Positions 27,490-40,337 of a stretch of 64,000 bases of DNA are shown here, in pieces. Position numbers and translations under genes: made by a program. Source of the DNA: Rhina ancylostomus (lineage: Eukaryota); NCBI GenBank assembly GCA_030265395.1, contig JARFYF010000001.1:52794480-52858479 (forward strand), given 5' to 3'. The notes beneath the pieces were generated by a model that saw only the letters and a program-made list of their open reading frames with translations, made no database searches and had not been told where the DNA came from. Within the stretch, counting starts at the first letter, position 1; every line of letters starts with the position of its first letter.

Positions 27490-28380
27490 TCACCAACCAA
27501 ATGCTAAATCCTGGTCATGATGCTTCCAACAAAGGAGCTGGGATAGTGATCAGTGGCATTAGAAAGGGTGGCCACGAGAAGCCTCTTGTTTGTGTACCAT
27601 GTGTGCTAGTCACTGTGCTCAGTTAGTGAAGAAGGCATTGGCAATTATACTTGAAGGTCCAATATTTCATCAACTCTTCTTTGAAAGAACATTCACACTT
27701 GTTACTGACCACAAATTTTTCTTGGCCATTCTGGGACTGACGTCAGCTTTTCCTATGATAGTGACATCAACAATGCAGAGACGGGCTATCTTTCCAACTC
27801 AAAAAAGCATGACATTGAGTACAAAACATCCAAGCAGAATGCTACAATGGATGCCTTGTTGAGGCTACCTGATATTCTACAGGTGTTAGAAGATGATTTC
27901 AGGTCAGTGCTCAAAGAAATTGCAAAGAAAGATCGTAAAGGAATTCCATGCAGAACACTTAGGTGCAGTGAATATGAAGACAGTGGTTAAAAGACTTGTC
28001 AAGTGACCAGGCACAGACATAAAAGACCAAGTTAATTAACATACAGATTGCAGAACACAACCTTTTCTAATTCCACTTTAGGCGTGGAAGTGGCCTACAG
28101 GAGCATTTCAGCAAGTGCACATAGATTATTGTGAAAAAGTTGGGAAAAGTCTTTTTTGCATCAATCAACAGCCATTTAAAGTGGCTACAATTAAAACAAG
28201 TAGGGACATACTCCACAGCACAATGCACAACACAGTGTTCCAGAATAATTGTAAACAATAATGGTGCACAGTTTAGATTGCTTTGTTATGAATGGCAAAG
28301 AAGAACCGTGTCACTTCTCCTTACCACCGAGCTTCAAAAGAGGTGGCTATGGAGAGTGTGCATGCATTGGTTGTTATCTT
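27490..28380 (+). mobile_element. Ty3/Gypsy LTR retrotransposon pol remnant (RNase H plus integrase)
   Basis: AQLVKKALAII...FHQLFFERTFTLVTDHKFFLAILG (RNase H), MDALLRLP, HLGAVNMK (zinc-binding region), WPTGAFQQVHIDY, IVNNNGAQF and TSPYHRAS (integrase core). Possible protease remnant CLLGR near 25970. Confidence 0.85.
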
Positions 28381-28959
28381 NNNNNNNNNNNNNNNNNNNN
28401 NNNNNNNNNNNNNNNNNNNNNNNNNNNNNNNNNNNNNNNNNNNNNNNNNNNNNNNNNNNNNNNNNNNNNNNNNNNNNNNNNNNNNNNNNNNNNNNNNNNN
28501 NNNNNNNNNNNNNNNNNNNNNNNNNNNNNNNNNNNNNNNNNNNNNNNNNNNNNNNNNNNNNNNNNNNNNNNNNNNNNNNNNNNNNNNNNNNNNNNNNNNN
28601 NNNNNNNNNNNNNNNNNNNNNNNNNNNNNNNNNNNNNNNNNNNNNNNNNNNNNNNNNNNNNNNNNNNNNNNNNNNNNNNNNNNNNNNNNNNNNNNNTTTT
28701 GGGGGTAATACACTGGCATGGATTGACAACTAGGTAAAGGACAGAAAAGTGAAAGGTTGAATCAACAGGTCATTTTCTGAATGGGAGGCTCCAAGCAGCT
28801 GAGTGGGGAGGGGGGTGGGAAGGGTGGGGGGAGAGAAGAAGGTGGGAGGGGAAGACAAGAGGGTGGGGGGGGAAGAGCTCAATTGTAGAAGAGGAACCCA
28901 CAGACATTCTTGCAGGATGATCTCAAACAGCACTGGGGCTAAAAGTTCCAGCCCCAGAC

Positions 28960-29130
28960 GGTATTGTCTTGCAATGTTCAACAGCAGTTTGAGATAGTTT
29001 GCTAACACACAACAGCAAACAAGTGGATGGAATGCCATTGTTGAGATCCTAAATGCTGCCATCCTGCGAGAGGATAACCAAATCAATGCTGCAAAGAGAA
29101 ACAGACAGTTCCCCAGGATACTGCCTCAGA
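28960..29130 (+). mobile_element. Possible Myb/SANT-like (Harbinger second gene) remnant
   Basis: GWNAIVEILNAAILR then, after a frameshift, QCCKEK; resembles W..IA..VN......RT..QCKKK. Confidence 0.4.
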
Positions 29131-29559
29131 ATTCTTGGTAAGCTGTTGGAATGCTTGTACATTGATAATGGTAGCAGCCTTTGTTTACATGGTAGCAAGC
29201 TCAAATATTCTATCTGATGTTTCAGCTTCCATTGCAGAATGCAGACGCTGGTACGCTAATAGGTGCTGCAGTAGTAGCTGAGATACAACATTATCATTGG
29301 GTCTGTGACAATGATTGGATCTGACAACCACTTTCTTGTTAGAACAAAAGGTTCAGGCTCTGGGCAAAGCCACAGGCAGGGTTGGAATTGGCCTTCTCCA
29401 TGCTACTTGAGATTTGATGCATGGTTTTCACCAGGCTTTTCACTGTGAATATCCATCATCCTTTACCTGGATGATGCCTCATCCGAGTCCCCTGGAGCTT
29501 AACTCATATGATCATGCCCTCTGGGGACTGAGCACCTAGGCTACTTTGTTTTCCTGAAA

Positions 29560-30450
29560 TGAAAACAGAAAATGCTACAAACATTCAGCAGATCAGACAG
29601 CACACCAAGAGAGAGAAAAAGAGTTAAGGTTTTAGGTCATTTACCTTCTTCCAGAACTAGGAAAAGTTAGAAATAAAGTTGCAGAGAAATGAGTGAGGGA
29701 AGGAGAAAAAGAGGAGGAAGATCCGGTACAAGGTGAAGACAAGGAAAGACTGAATGACAGAAGCAGTGGTGGTGCCAGAAGAGGGTAGTAGGGGCTAGTG
29801 ATTAACATAAACTATGCTTGGACAAAGCATAAACAGGAGAAGACAAATGAAACTCAAAGTACCACATAAGCAGAGAAGGGGAAAAAAATCAGAACAATGC
29901 TAGAAAAATGAGATGTATAATTGGATTGACTGACTATGTGAAAGAGCTGAACTCAGCATTGCACCCTGAAGGCTGTAATGTAATAAATCAAAAGCTGAGG
30001 TTCTGTTCCTCGAACTTGCATTGGATTCCTCTGAAACAGTGTAAGAAGTGGGAGTGGGATGGAGAATTAAAGTGATGGCAACTGGAATTGCAGAACCACT
30101 CTTGTGGATTGAAGAGAGATGCTTTGAAAAGTAGTTAGCCTGTGTGAATTTGGCTTCCCCATTATTAAGAAGACCACATCATGAGCTAAGGATGCAGGAC
30201 ATTAAATTGAAAGAAGTTCAAGAGGAATGCTGCCTCACCTGGAAGGAATGTTTGGATCACTAGATGACAGAATGAGATGAGATAAAATAGCAAGTGTTGC
30301 ATCTTCTGTGGTTGCATGAGAGAGTGCCATGCAATTCAAGGACCTGGAGTATTGATGGAAATGGAAGAATGAGGCAGAGTATTATGAAATAAACATTCAT
30401 TTCAGATTGCTGAAAAGAGTGGAGGAGAAGATGTGTTGGTGGCAGCACTG
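29560..30450 (-). mobile_element. Degraded Penelope-like element
   Basis: Terminal ACAGAAAATGCTACAAACATTCAGCAGATCAGACAGC and TGCTGCCTCACCTGGAAGGA, the latter shared with the 41.9 kb copy. Confidence 0.65.
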
Positions 30451-31144
30451 TTTCTTCAGCCCTGTTAGCAGCTCATGTGCTTGGTGACTCTAAGATCCTG
30501 CCTCTCACTATCCTCTGCAGTATGTGAGATGCCAATAACCAAGATGATGGCTGCAATCAGACCAAGCAATGGGTTACCTTAACTTTTCTTTTCTTGCTGC
30601 TCAACTGCTGCCTGGACAGGTAGAGATCTTAGCCAACCAAAATAATAAAGTAGGGTTATTTATTGTTAACCTTAATAATATAGCTTCACCATCTACAGAT
30701 TGGAACTCAGAAGATATTGTGGATTGGGTGTGAGGTGTGGTGGAAATGGCATGTCAAGAGTAGAATCAGGCAAGGGTATAAAAACATCTTCAATGATCTC
30801 TGTGGCACTGTTGGTCACAGAGACTTTGGTGTCTACTCCAATGATTGTTGACACAGTCCCCTCCAGGTTGGTAAGCTATGCACACAGACTGGTCTTCTGG
30901 CAGCTTGATGTTACTAGTGCTGCTTATGTACCACCTTGATTGCCAAGGATTGCCAAGTGTCTTGCAGCATGTCCGGCTGGCATGCCTGCCATGAATGAAT
31001 AACTGGCATGGCTGGAAAGCTGTGAGAAGTGAGTGTGGGGCTTGGACTAACGGCATGCATGCAAAGATACGATGGCATAGAAGGACTTTAGGTAAGAGTT
31101 CAAAATTAATAGAGTTAACTGATCTTGTGTGTAAAACATAGAGC

Positions 31145-31425
31145 ACCACACACAAAATGCTGGAGGAACTCAGCAGGCCAGGCAGGATCTATGGAGAGAA
31201 ATAAACAGTTGATGTTTTGGGCCAAGACCCTTCATCAGGACTGGAAAGAAAGAGGTCAGAAGNNNNNNNNNNNNNNNNNNNNNNNNNNNNNNNNNNNNNN
31301 NNNNNNNNNNNNNNNNNNNNNNNNNNNNNNNNNNNNNNNNNNNNNNNNNCCCGCCCCGCCCCCCCCCCCCCCCCACCCGGGACCGACCTGGACATAGAGC
31401 ATGGTGTTGTAAGATAGAATTGACA
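31145..31425 (-). mobile_element. Penelope-like terminal fragment spanning an N gap
   Basis: ACACACAAAATGCTGGAGGAACTCAGCAGGCCAGGCAG...GACCCTTCATCAGGACTGG, homologous to 41165-41260. Confidence 0.75.
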
Positions 31426-33799
31426 GTATCTTCTTCATTCATCCGAACTCTGCCTGTAAGATCATTGTATTTCTTGTGTCATGGTATCCATGTCCTTAGG
31501 TCTACATCCTGTCACTGACCTCACTGGCAACCTCCTCCCACTACTACTGGACTAAATATCTGTGCAGTTGGTCATAAGAGGACCACTCTCTTCCTCACAA
31601 GCCAAGAATCTACAGCCATATTGGAAAACTGAGGTATCACTCTTTGTCCTCCTCAGCCAGAGTTTACTCCACTTTTAAAATCTGTAGGGTGCCTTACCAT
31701 ATAAATTCAGCTTTACACACTGGAGCCATGGTTAATTGGCTGCTTAGGATATTGGATTCAGTGGATGTGTGTTAAAGAGAAATGTGCCCACTTTGTGCTG
31801 CGTGGACACTAAAATCATGACAGCAAGGTAGAAGCACAAATTTCACGTACATCACCAAGAACTAATCACCCATCAGAATCCCTGGGCATGGTTTCCAGCA
31901 ATATTCAGTTTCTCCCCCAATGAATTTCACAAAACATCAACATTTTGTTCATTGGGTATTTGTTGGAAAGTGATTTAATACCAATATTAGACTAATTGAT
32001 CTTTATGTGAACAATCACAAATGATAAATGTAACCTAAAAGTGCTGGCTCTAAATATGCCCACATTTAATCCTAAAAACTAAAAATCAATGAAAAGTGCT
32101 TAAATTTAAATAAAGTTAGGCTTGTACACATCTTTCCTTATGCTATAATTTTACAATTAAATGGATTTGATTAGATGACCTTAGTGCTTTCTTTGTACTA
32201 AATATACTAGTTCTTTTTAAAGCAGTGAATTGCTAGTTGAAAAGTCAGGTGAAGTCCAAAATTCCGAGAAGACCTAAAGGCTTTGTAAAATTTTGTTTCC
32301 CTGAACCTTGTTAAAAGTTCCTCCAGCCATCTGCAAGTATCTGTCAATGCTCCTAATTTAATGAAGGCATAGAGCGCTAGCAGTAATTGTAAACTTAGGA
32401 ATGTGGGACCAGCTAACAGCTAGCTGAGTAGGCACTGACTATTTCCAGGTGTTAAGTAAATGTGCCCCTTCGCCCCCACCCCCTCCCCTCGCTCCCCCAG
32501 GTTTCTCTTTTCTCTTTATTTGCTCATTTTCTTAAGTCACTGACATCACCGCACAAGTTACGTTTGGAAGATATCACAAGCAAGTAATAACAGATGTAAA
32601 CATGTTTCTTTCTTCCATGGTATCATGACTGAGGGTTGGTGTTAGGCAGTCTCTTGAAACTCTTGCAACATTTGTTATAGCCTAGATAATGGTGCAGGCC
32701 TAGTAACCATTTAGACAAAAGTGGTTGCTTTTTGTTTTTTAAAGAACATGGTAACTCTTTCTTGCAGATGTTTGCATTAACAGGTGAGCTGCTCAATGTC
32801 TTAGCAGAAGCATTCCAAGCTGCCCTGCTGGCATGGCCTCTGCATGGGTGTTTAAATTTCGCTGTGCAGGCTCCTGTTTCAGCTTGTTAAGGCGAGTAGC
32901 AGCTGCTCAGCTTCCGCTACTGTGTCTCCCTGATGCACATCACTGACCACAGTCTCATAATAGCACTCTGTTTGCTTTTCTCTGCCCTGCCATTGTCACC
33001 CTTCCATGCAGCTTATTGAAACCAGAACCCCTGCTGCTCCAGCTCATAATTATGGGCTGTCAGCTTGTCCCATTTCCTTAACTATTGGTCCTTCATTCTA
33101 TGACTAATATAAAACCAGAAAAAAAACTAATGCTTGTGTTTGCTCAATTTCCCATGCTAGGTAATGATTACATAATTGTCAAATCTGTTGGAAAGTGCCC
33201 CCAATACAAGGGAAACTAATACTGATGTGCCATTTTTAGACACCAGAAGCTCCTCAGAAAATTGAGTTTTCTAATTGCCACTGGTGTTCTTTGAATACTA
33301 GGAACTAAGAAATGATTATGAATTTATTTTCAGAACACAATTTTCTTATGGTTCCAAGTAAGAAGCTGAGGCAGAACTTTAAAAAAAATTGTAAAGTTAC
33401 TTAAAATTATTTATCCAATGTATAAACTTTAACCCTTAAAGTGAGTGAAATCATTCTACAACATTTAATACAAGCATTTTTCTTTTGATGTAGTATGTCT
33501 ATCAATATTATACATAAAACTACATATTTTATTCATAGTATTGCCTTTTTAAGTCCAGTTTACAATACCTAGCAGGCCCTAAAAACAACAAGATAGCCAA
33601 GGATTATTCGTCACAACTCCAGCAAAGAGAAAACTGACTTTCCAAAGATTGGAGATAATTGTAACTGGCAAAATTGCAGGATGCACTTTATAAGTAATGT
33701 CAGCATTATCAATCTTTCTTAACATCTGTAAATGTTCAATAGCCTTTTTACTGGCAAAGCTGGACAATTTAATTCAGGAAAACACCGTTACACTTGCAA

Positions 33800-35860
33800 A
33801 ACAACAAGGTGTATTTATATTACAACTTTAAAGTAGTAAAACACCCCAGGTAGTTCACAGGGCAATTTTTAAATAATATTTTACATTATGCCACAACAAG
33901 GTATTACAGCAGACGATCAACAAAGATGTAGTTTTAAAGAAAGAAAGTGAAGTGGAGAAGTTTCAGAGAGAAATCCAGAGCTCAGACTCTCAGCAGCTAA
34001 AGACATGATTAATATCAGGATGCTTAAGGAAGAAGTAGAGGAGCTCAGATGTTTGTAGGGCTGGAGGAGAAAACAGAAGCAGAGAAGGGTAAAGCTATGG
34101 ATGACAAGTTAAAAATGAAAGTGGTGTTAGCTGGCAGCAAATACAGTTCAACAAGCTTGGATGATGGATAGTGTGCAAGTGTGTTGGGTGAACTGGACAG
34201 TGTAGGGTGTTGTAGAGTGATAGAGATCAGCTGAAATATGCAGCAATAGTCAATATGAAGATATGGATAAAGATTTCACCAGATGAGATTTTTTTAAATG
34301 TTATTTACAGCGTGGTAACAGGGCCTTTTGACCCAATGAGTCCGCACCACCCAATTTAAACCTATATTAACGTACCAGTACGTCTTTGGAATGTGGGAGG
34401 AAACTGGAGCACCAGGAGGAAACCCACGCAGACACGGGGAGAACATATAAACTCNNNNNNNNNNNNNNNNNNNNNNNNNNNNNNNNNNNNNNNNNNNNNN
34501 NNNNNNNNNNNNNNNNNNNNNNNNNNNNNNNNNNNNNNNNNNNNNNNNNNNNNNNNNNNNNNNNNNNNNNNNNNNNNNNNNNNNNNNNNNNNNNNNNNNN
34601 NNNNNNNTCACGCTAACTGCTATGCTACTGTGCCGCCCATGTAGATGAGAAATACCAGAGGCAAAGGCGAGATCTTTTGGGGAACCTAGAAGTACCTATA
34701 TAGAAGTAAACAGAAAAGTCATTGCAAGTACTTCTTTGGTTAGATAAGAATGGAAGGTGGTGACTGGAATCCCACCCAGCTTGAGATGTTGGAGAAGTGT
34801 TGGAGGAGCCTAGAATGGTCAAATCCGACAAAGGCTGCAGACAAGTTGTGTAGAATGAGGAGAATTAGGTTACCTTTGTCATGGTCACATGGGATGGCAT
34901 TTATGACTATACAAAGAACAATATTCATACCGTGGCAGAGGCAGAAACTTGATTGAATGGATTCATACATGTGAGTTCCAGAAAGATGTGCATATAATTA
35001 TCAGATAGCACCTTGTCAAAGGATGCTGAACGGGAAAATTGAATATAGTTTGGTAGTTTGAAAAGATGGAGGTGTCATGGGTGATAGCAGGTTTGATGGA
35101 GAGGGATCAGTACCTGAGGAGGAAGAAGCAGTAATAATAACAGCTTGTATGGGATCCAACTTGCATAGGGAGGCAACTCCAATGGTCAGCAGTTTCAAAG
35201 GAAAAGAATCAACGGAGCAAGAAATGGGTCTCATGAAGATGTTTAGAGAAGGGTAGAGAGGAGATAGAAGGGAAGTGGCAGAGGCATCAGACTGAATTGC
35301 CTCAATTTATTCCAAAAACAAAAATCCACAGGGTTTTGTACCTTGTGCCACAACATTTGTCGCTGGGCATGAAGTAGCAGGGAAGTGAAGATTACAAAAT
35401 AGTTTGCAGTGGGGAAGAGAAGCCAGGAATTATCTTTAAATTTTAAAATGATCCTAGAAGAGTGAACAGATAACAGATAGTGCTTTATGTGATCCAATCA
35501 GATCTAGTTGCCCTGTAACCTGACATCTGTTCAAGTCTGCATTCCTTGAATTTAAGGGAGTGGAGAAGAGATTATACTAGGAATTGATCAGGACGAGAAG
35601 AAATAATGGTTTAATGAGGCTTTAGGTGGAGGTTAAGGCGTGCATGAACAGATCAGTAAATACATAATGTTGTGATGAATGAAGGGCCAAAGACCAGGGA
35701 GCTGGTATTTTGAAAGTAAGGTTGCAAGTAAATTGAGAGACTGTTCACAAAGCAGACCCAGAGAAAGTGGGATTGGAGAGGAAAGTGAGATTGCAGACCT
35801 TGCACGTAATAAGATGGTTGCAGTTTTTGGAAGGGACAATTATTCTAGTCCTAGGACATC
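33800..35860 (-). mobile_element. Ancient L2-like LINE remnant
   Basis: Reverse of an L2-type tail near 33810-33860 followed by long purine-rich degraded sequence; interrupted by a V-SINE. Confidence 0.5.
34289..34638 (-). mobile_element. V-SINE (HE1-like) copy, partly in an N gap
   Basis: Closely similar to 11331-11570; possible TSD AGATGAGA at 34281-34288 and 34643-34650. Confidence 0.88.
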
Positions 35861-35864
35861 ATTG

Positions 35865-36900
35865 CAAAAGTTCCTCAGGTTGGTGTCCTAGGCCCAACCA
35901 TCTTCAGGAACTTCATCAATAACATTCATCAATTCTAACCTTTTGATGAAGGAATCCATACTGATAATTGCATGATGTTTAATTTCCCTTGCAATCCCTC
36001 AACAAATAAAACAGTCCATGCCTCCATGCAGCAAGATCTAAACAGCATTCAGGCATAGACTGATCAGTCACAAACAAAATACATGCCACAAAAGTGTCAG
36101 GCAACGTCTATCTCCAACAAAAGAATGTCTAATCACCTACTCTTACATTCAATGGCATTATTATTGCCAAAGTGCTCCACCATCAACATTCTGTGGATCA
36201 CCATTAATGGAAACTCAACTGGATCGGTCACATAAATACTTTGGTTACAAGAACAAGTCAAACGCTGGGTAACCTACAGTGAACAACTCGGCCTCCTAAC
36301 ACCCCAAAGTTTTTCCATCATCTGTAAGGGAAAAGTCAGGGGTGTGGTAGAATATTTTCCACTTGCCTAGATCAAACAATTCTCAAGCTGCTCATTATTA
36401 TCCAGGACAAATTAACCCACTTAAATGGCATTCCATTATCTATAAGCATTCAACTCCTGTAACACCAGTCTGCAGTATGTATCATCTCCAAAATTCACTT
36501 TAGTGGATTCATTACCCACCAAGATATCTACATTGCTTTCCCATCATTCCCTCTTACTGAACGACCTTTCATTCACAGCGATATCAACCTTTCACATAAT
36601 CCCTTCTCTACATTTTGGCTTTATACCTTACTGATTTCACTACCAACCCTATTCACCTATAATATTTCTCACATTATAAGCTAGCGATCACTTCAAGGCC
36701 ACCTTTTTCTGAGATTTGCTAGTCTCATCATCTCAACCTAATCACTGAAACTCCCTACCCGAAAGCACCATGGGAATTCCTTCACTACAAGGACTACTGC
36801 TGTTAGAGAAGATGGTTCACCACTACCTTCCCAAGGGCAATTAAGAATGAACAACAAATGCCATTGTTGCTATTAGCAGCCATTTTCCCTAAATCGATGT
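35865..36900 (+). mobile_element. Old CR1/L2-group LINE RT-to-tail fragment, internally disrupted by one arm of an inverted repeat
   Basis: VPQVGVLGPTIF..FIN RT motif at about 35870, YKGKVRGVVEYFPLA-like segment near 36320, tail at about 36745-36890. Confidence 0.75.
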
Positions 36901-37436
36901 AAAATAAATAATCTTGCAGAAAGGTCTATCTCAGATCACTTCCTTGCATCTATCTTCACCTTTCACCTTTCAGTTATTCATTTTTCAGGACCTGGCTGTC
37001 ACAAGCAAGGCCAGCATTAATTGCTCATCTGTAATTGCCCTTGAGAAGGGCAATTCCTTCCTGAACTATTGCAGTCCTTCTGGTGAAAGTACTTCCACAG
37101 TGCTGGAAGGTAGCGAGTTCCAGGAGTTAGTTGATGAAAGAATGGTGATATGTTTCCAAATTAGCATGGCATGTGACTTGGAGGGGAACCTGCAGATGGT
37201 GTGTTCCCATGTGTTGTCCTTCTTGGTATAGGTCATGGTGCTGTCAGTGTATCCTAAATAAACCCACCTTATAATGTGAGAAATATTACAGGTGAATAGG
37301 GTTGGTAGTGAAATCAATAAGGTATGAAGCCAAAATGTAGAGAAGGGATTATGTGAAAGGTTGATATCGCTGTGAGTGAAAAGTCATTCAGTAAGAGGGA
37401 AAGATGGGAAAGCACTGTAGATATCTTGGTGGGTAA
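36512..37436. repeat. 169-bp inverted repeat (36512-36680 and 37268-37436) with 587-bp spacer
   Basis: Manual alignment gives 161/169 identity with no indels. Confidence 0.92.
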
Positions 37437-38429
37437 ACTTTTATTGGATTTGTACTACCAAGTATAGGGGTTTTAAATGAGAAACAAGAAAGGTGAAGCA
37501 AGGTAGATGCTCAAAAGTAGAGAAAATGGCAGATGAAAGCAAAGCTCCACCTATCCCAAGATTGGGCAATACCCCCTCACTATAAGTGCTGTTTTGAGTG
37601 ATGACAGATGCACCCATTAAACCTTTCAGATACTCCATTCTGCTTAAGGTAGTATTGTTTTCCCTTAGCTGAATCAACATGTTTTTCTGACATCTGTTTC
37701 ACAAAGTGGACAGTTGTGCAGTTATTTTGCCTTTAAGTGAAGAAGACTCAATTATGTGACAGTGGACTATATATGGAGCTGGACAGGGTGGAGCAAAAGA
37801 GGAAATGCACAGAGAATTACAGAAACAGACCTTGCTTTAATTTTCCCTAATTCTCTAATCAGCTGCATTGGCACATGAGATTGCTGGTGAGAATATTAAC
37901 ATTGTATGACAGTGTAAAATAGGTAATATCCAGTGAGCCACCCTTGGTCAATTAGTCATTCTGTTGAAATCTACAGAAGGGAAAATTTAATGTGTAGCAT
38001 AGAACCGGAGAACAGTATAGGAGAAGGCTATTTGGTGCATTAGATAATGGGCTGTTAATTCAATATCACGCACCCTTTCCCTCCCTTGTGTCAATTTCTG
38101 GTCTTGGTATCATCAACCCCTCAGATTTCATTCAAAATTATTTAAATCATCATTGAAGACAATCCTGCAAAATTTACCCTGGGCCCCCATGTGTTGCTTG
38201 GTGTGTTAATTCACAGTGTGGCATTCTAGAAAGTGATACAAGCAAATATGGGGTTAAAGTGAATGTTTACTCAGACTTGTTAGCACATTTTTATTGTACA
38301 TTATTTCATATTTGACATTTAAACAGATCTTAAATATTTACAAGCCAATGAACGTTCTATTTTATATGCAGTCTACCGTAGTAATGAAAGGGCCAGGGAT
38401 AGGGTATCCAACCATATCAACAGGCCCAT

Positions 38430-38930
38430 TTTTGCTATTTTTTTCTTTAAACTTTCTACGACTGAAATCGTTTTTAAAGAATGGGATAGATTGGGTATTA
38501 ATCATTTTCAGGATCTGTCTGTTGGAGGAAATTTCTTAACATTTGAACAATTGTCAACTAAATATAATTTGTCAAAAACTCACTTTTTTCGATATTTGCA
38601 AATTAGAGAATTTCTCTGATCTCAAGTACATACATTCCCCATGTCCTGATAAGAACTTATTAGATGTAATTTTTAATTTGAAGCCTTTCTATGATGTTTC
38701 AATATCTAATATTTATGGTAGATTATCAGGAACGAATAAGGTCCCTTTAGACAAAATTAAATACACTTGGGAACGTGATCTGCAGATTTCAATTTCTGAG
38801 GAAACTTGGAATCAAATTTTTAAACTGTTTAATACTTTATTACTATGTGTGCGTCACTCCCTCCTTCAATTTAAAGTGGTCCATAGAGTCCACTTGTCCA
38901 AAGACAAGTTATCACGTTTCTATTCAGATA
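38430..38930 (+). mobile_element. L1/Tx1-clade LINE ORF2 C-terminal fragment
   Basis: ISNIYGRL...KIKYTWERDLQISISEETWNQIF...RHSLLQFKVVHRVHLSKDKLSRFY, typical of the post-RT region of fish-type L1. Confidence 0.85.
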
Positions 38931-39259
38931 NNNNNNNNNNNNNNNNNNNNNNNNNNNNNNNNNNNNNNNNNNNNNNNNNNNNNNNNNNNNNNNNNNNNNN
39001 NNNNNNNNNNNNNNNNNNNNNNNNNNNNNNNNNNNNNNNNNNNNNNNNNNNNNNNNNNNNNNNNNNNNNNNNNNNNNNNNNNNNNNNNNNNNNNNNNNNN
39101 NNNNNNNNNNNNNNNNNNNNNGGATTCCTCTTCTGATCTCCAAGGCAAGATTCCTTCCAGTTATTGCCTGTGTTTGTCCTGAGGAAGTATCCTAACTCCA
39201 GTCGTGTATTGGTGTGCCACATTTGGGTTCTCTGTGAGTTTGATCTGGATCAACATTGT

Positions 39260-39355
39260 GACAGGAAGAACGTACAAACTCCTTACAGACAGTGGTGGGA
39301 ACTGAACCCGGGTCTCTAGCACTGTAATAGTGTTATGCTAACCACTACACTACTG
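39260..39355 (-). mobile_element. V-SINE tRNA-head fragment
   Basis: GAAGAACGTACAAACTCCTTACAGACAG...GAACCCGGGTC...GCTAACCACTACACTAC matches 11470-11560. Confidence 0.8.
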
Positions 39356-39539
39356 GTTTTGTGCAAATTTTCTCCTTCATTTCCACTATCCACTGCAACT
39401 TTGCCAGCTATTACTAATGCCAATAAACATTATTGCCCATTTCTAATTGCTGTTAATTTAAGTCATACCCAAATATAAATTCTGTGCTAGTATTTTGAGT
39501 AGGTATTTTCCATAACTTTCAGTTTTATTCACAATCCTC

Positions 39540-40250
39540 CAATAATGAAACAACCTATGTCAGCCTACAGCAGGATCTAAATAACATCTAGATTAGGACT
39601 AACAAGCAATTGATCACTTTCACACCATCAACGTATCAAGCATTGGCCAGTTCTAACAAGCAAAATCACAGCCATTTTGCAATGACATTCAATTGCACCA
39701 CTACCACTGAGACACCCATGAATAGAATTCAAAATAAATGAAAAAGCTATATTAAATTAGTTACATTCATACTACAACTACAAAAGCAGAGCAAAACTCT
39801 ACAATCAGTAGCTTCCCTCAAGGCCAACTCACCTTATTAAAGATATAGTGAAACATTGAGCACTCATGTAGTTATGCAAAAATTACCATATTTGAGAAGT
39901 TTGACATGACCCAAGTCAGAACAGTTCACTTAATCAGTAGACTGATACCAAAGTCAATATGCACCTCCTCCATCAATAATACCATAACTTACAAGTTGTG
40001 CAAAAAAAATTACTCAGCTGGTGTATTTACATATATAGCATCTCTCCTGCAATCTCTTGCAGAAACATCATTACTGATATGATTCCCACCGAGTTATGAA
40101 CTATCCTGATCAGGACATGCAATTCTGTTCCTTCATCATTGCTGGGTCAATATCCTAGAATTTCTTACCTTTTGTGGGGTACCCATCATCAGAGGACTGT
40201 GGCAGTTCAGAAGGATCACCCCCACCATCTTAGGGGATGTAAATGGGGGA
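39540..40250 (+). mobile_element. Highly degraded CR1/L2-group LINE 3' portion
   Basis: Colinear with 36020-36890 and with the 5765-6085 tail (GCTGGGTCAATATCCTAGAA...GGACTGTGGCAGTTCAG). Confidence 0.6.
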
Positions 40251-40337
40251 AAATAAAACAACCTGTTTCACTGAGATTCCAAGAGATAAATAGCAAAAAT
40301 ATTGTATTTAGCAACTGAAAATCAAAAAAAAATCCTT

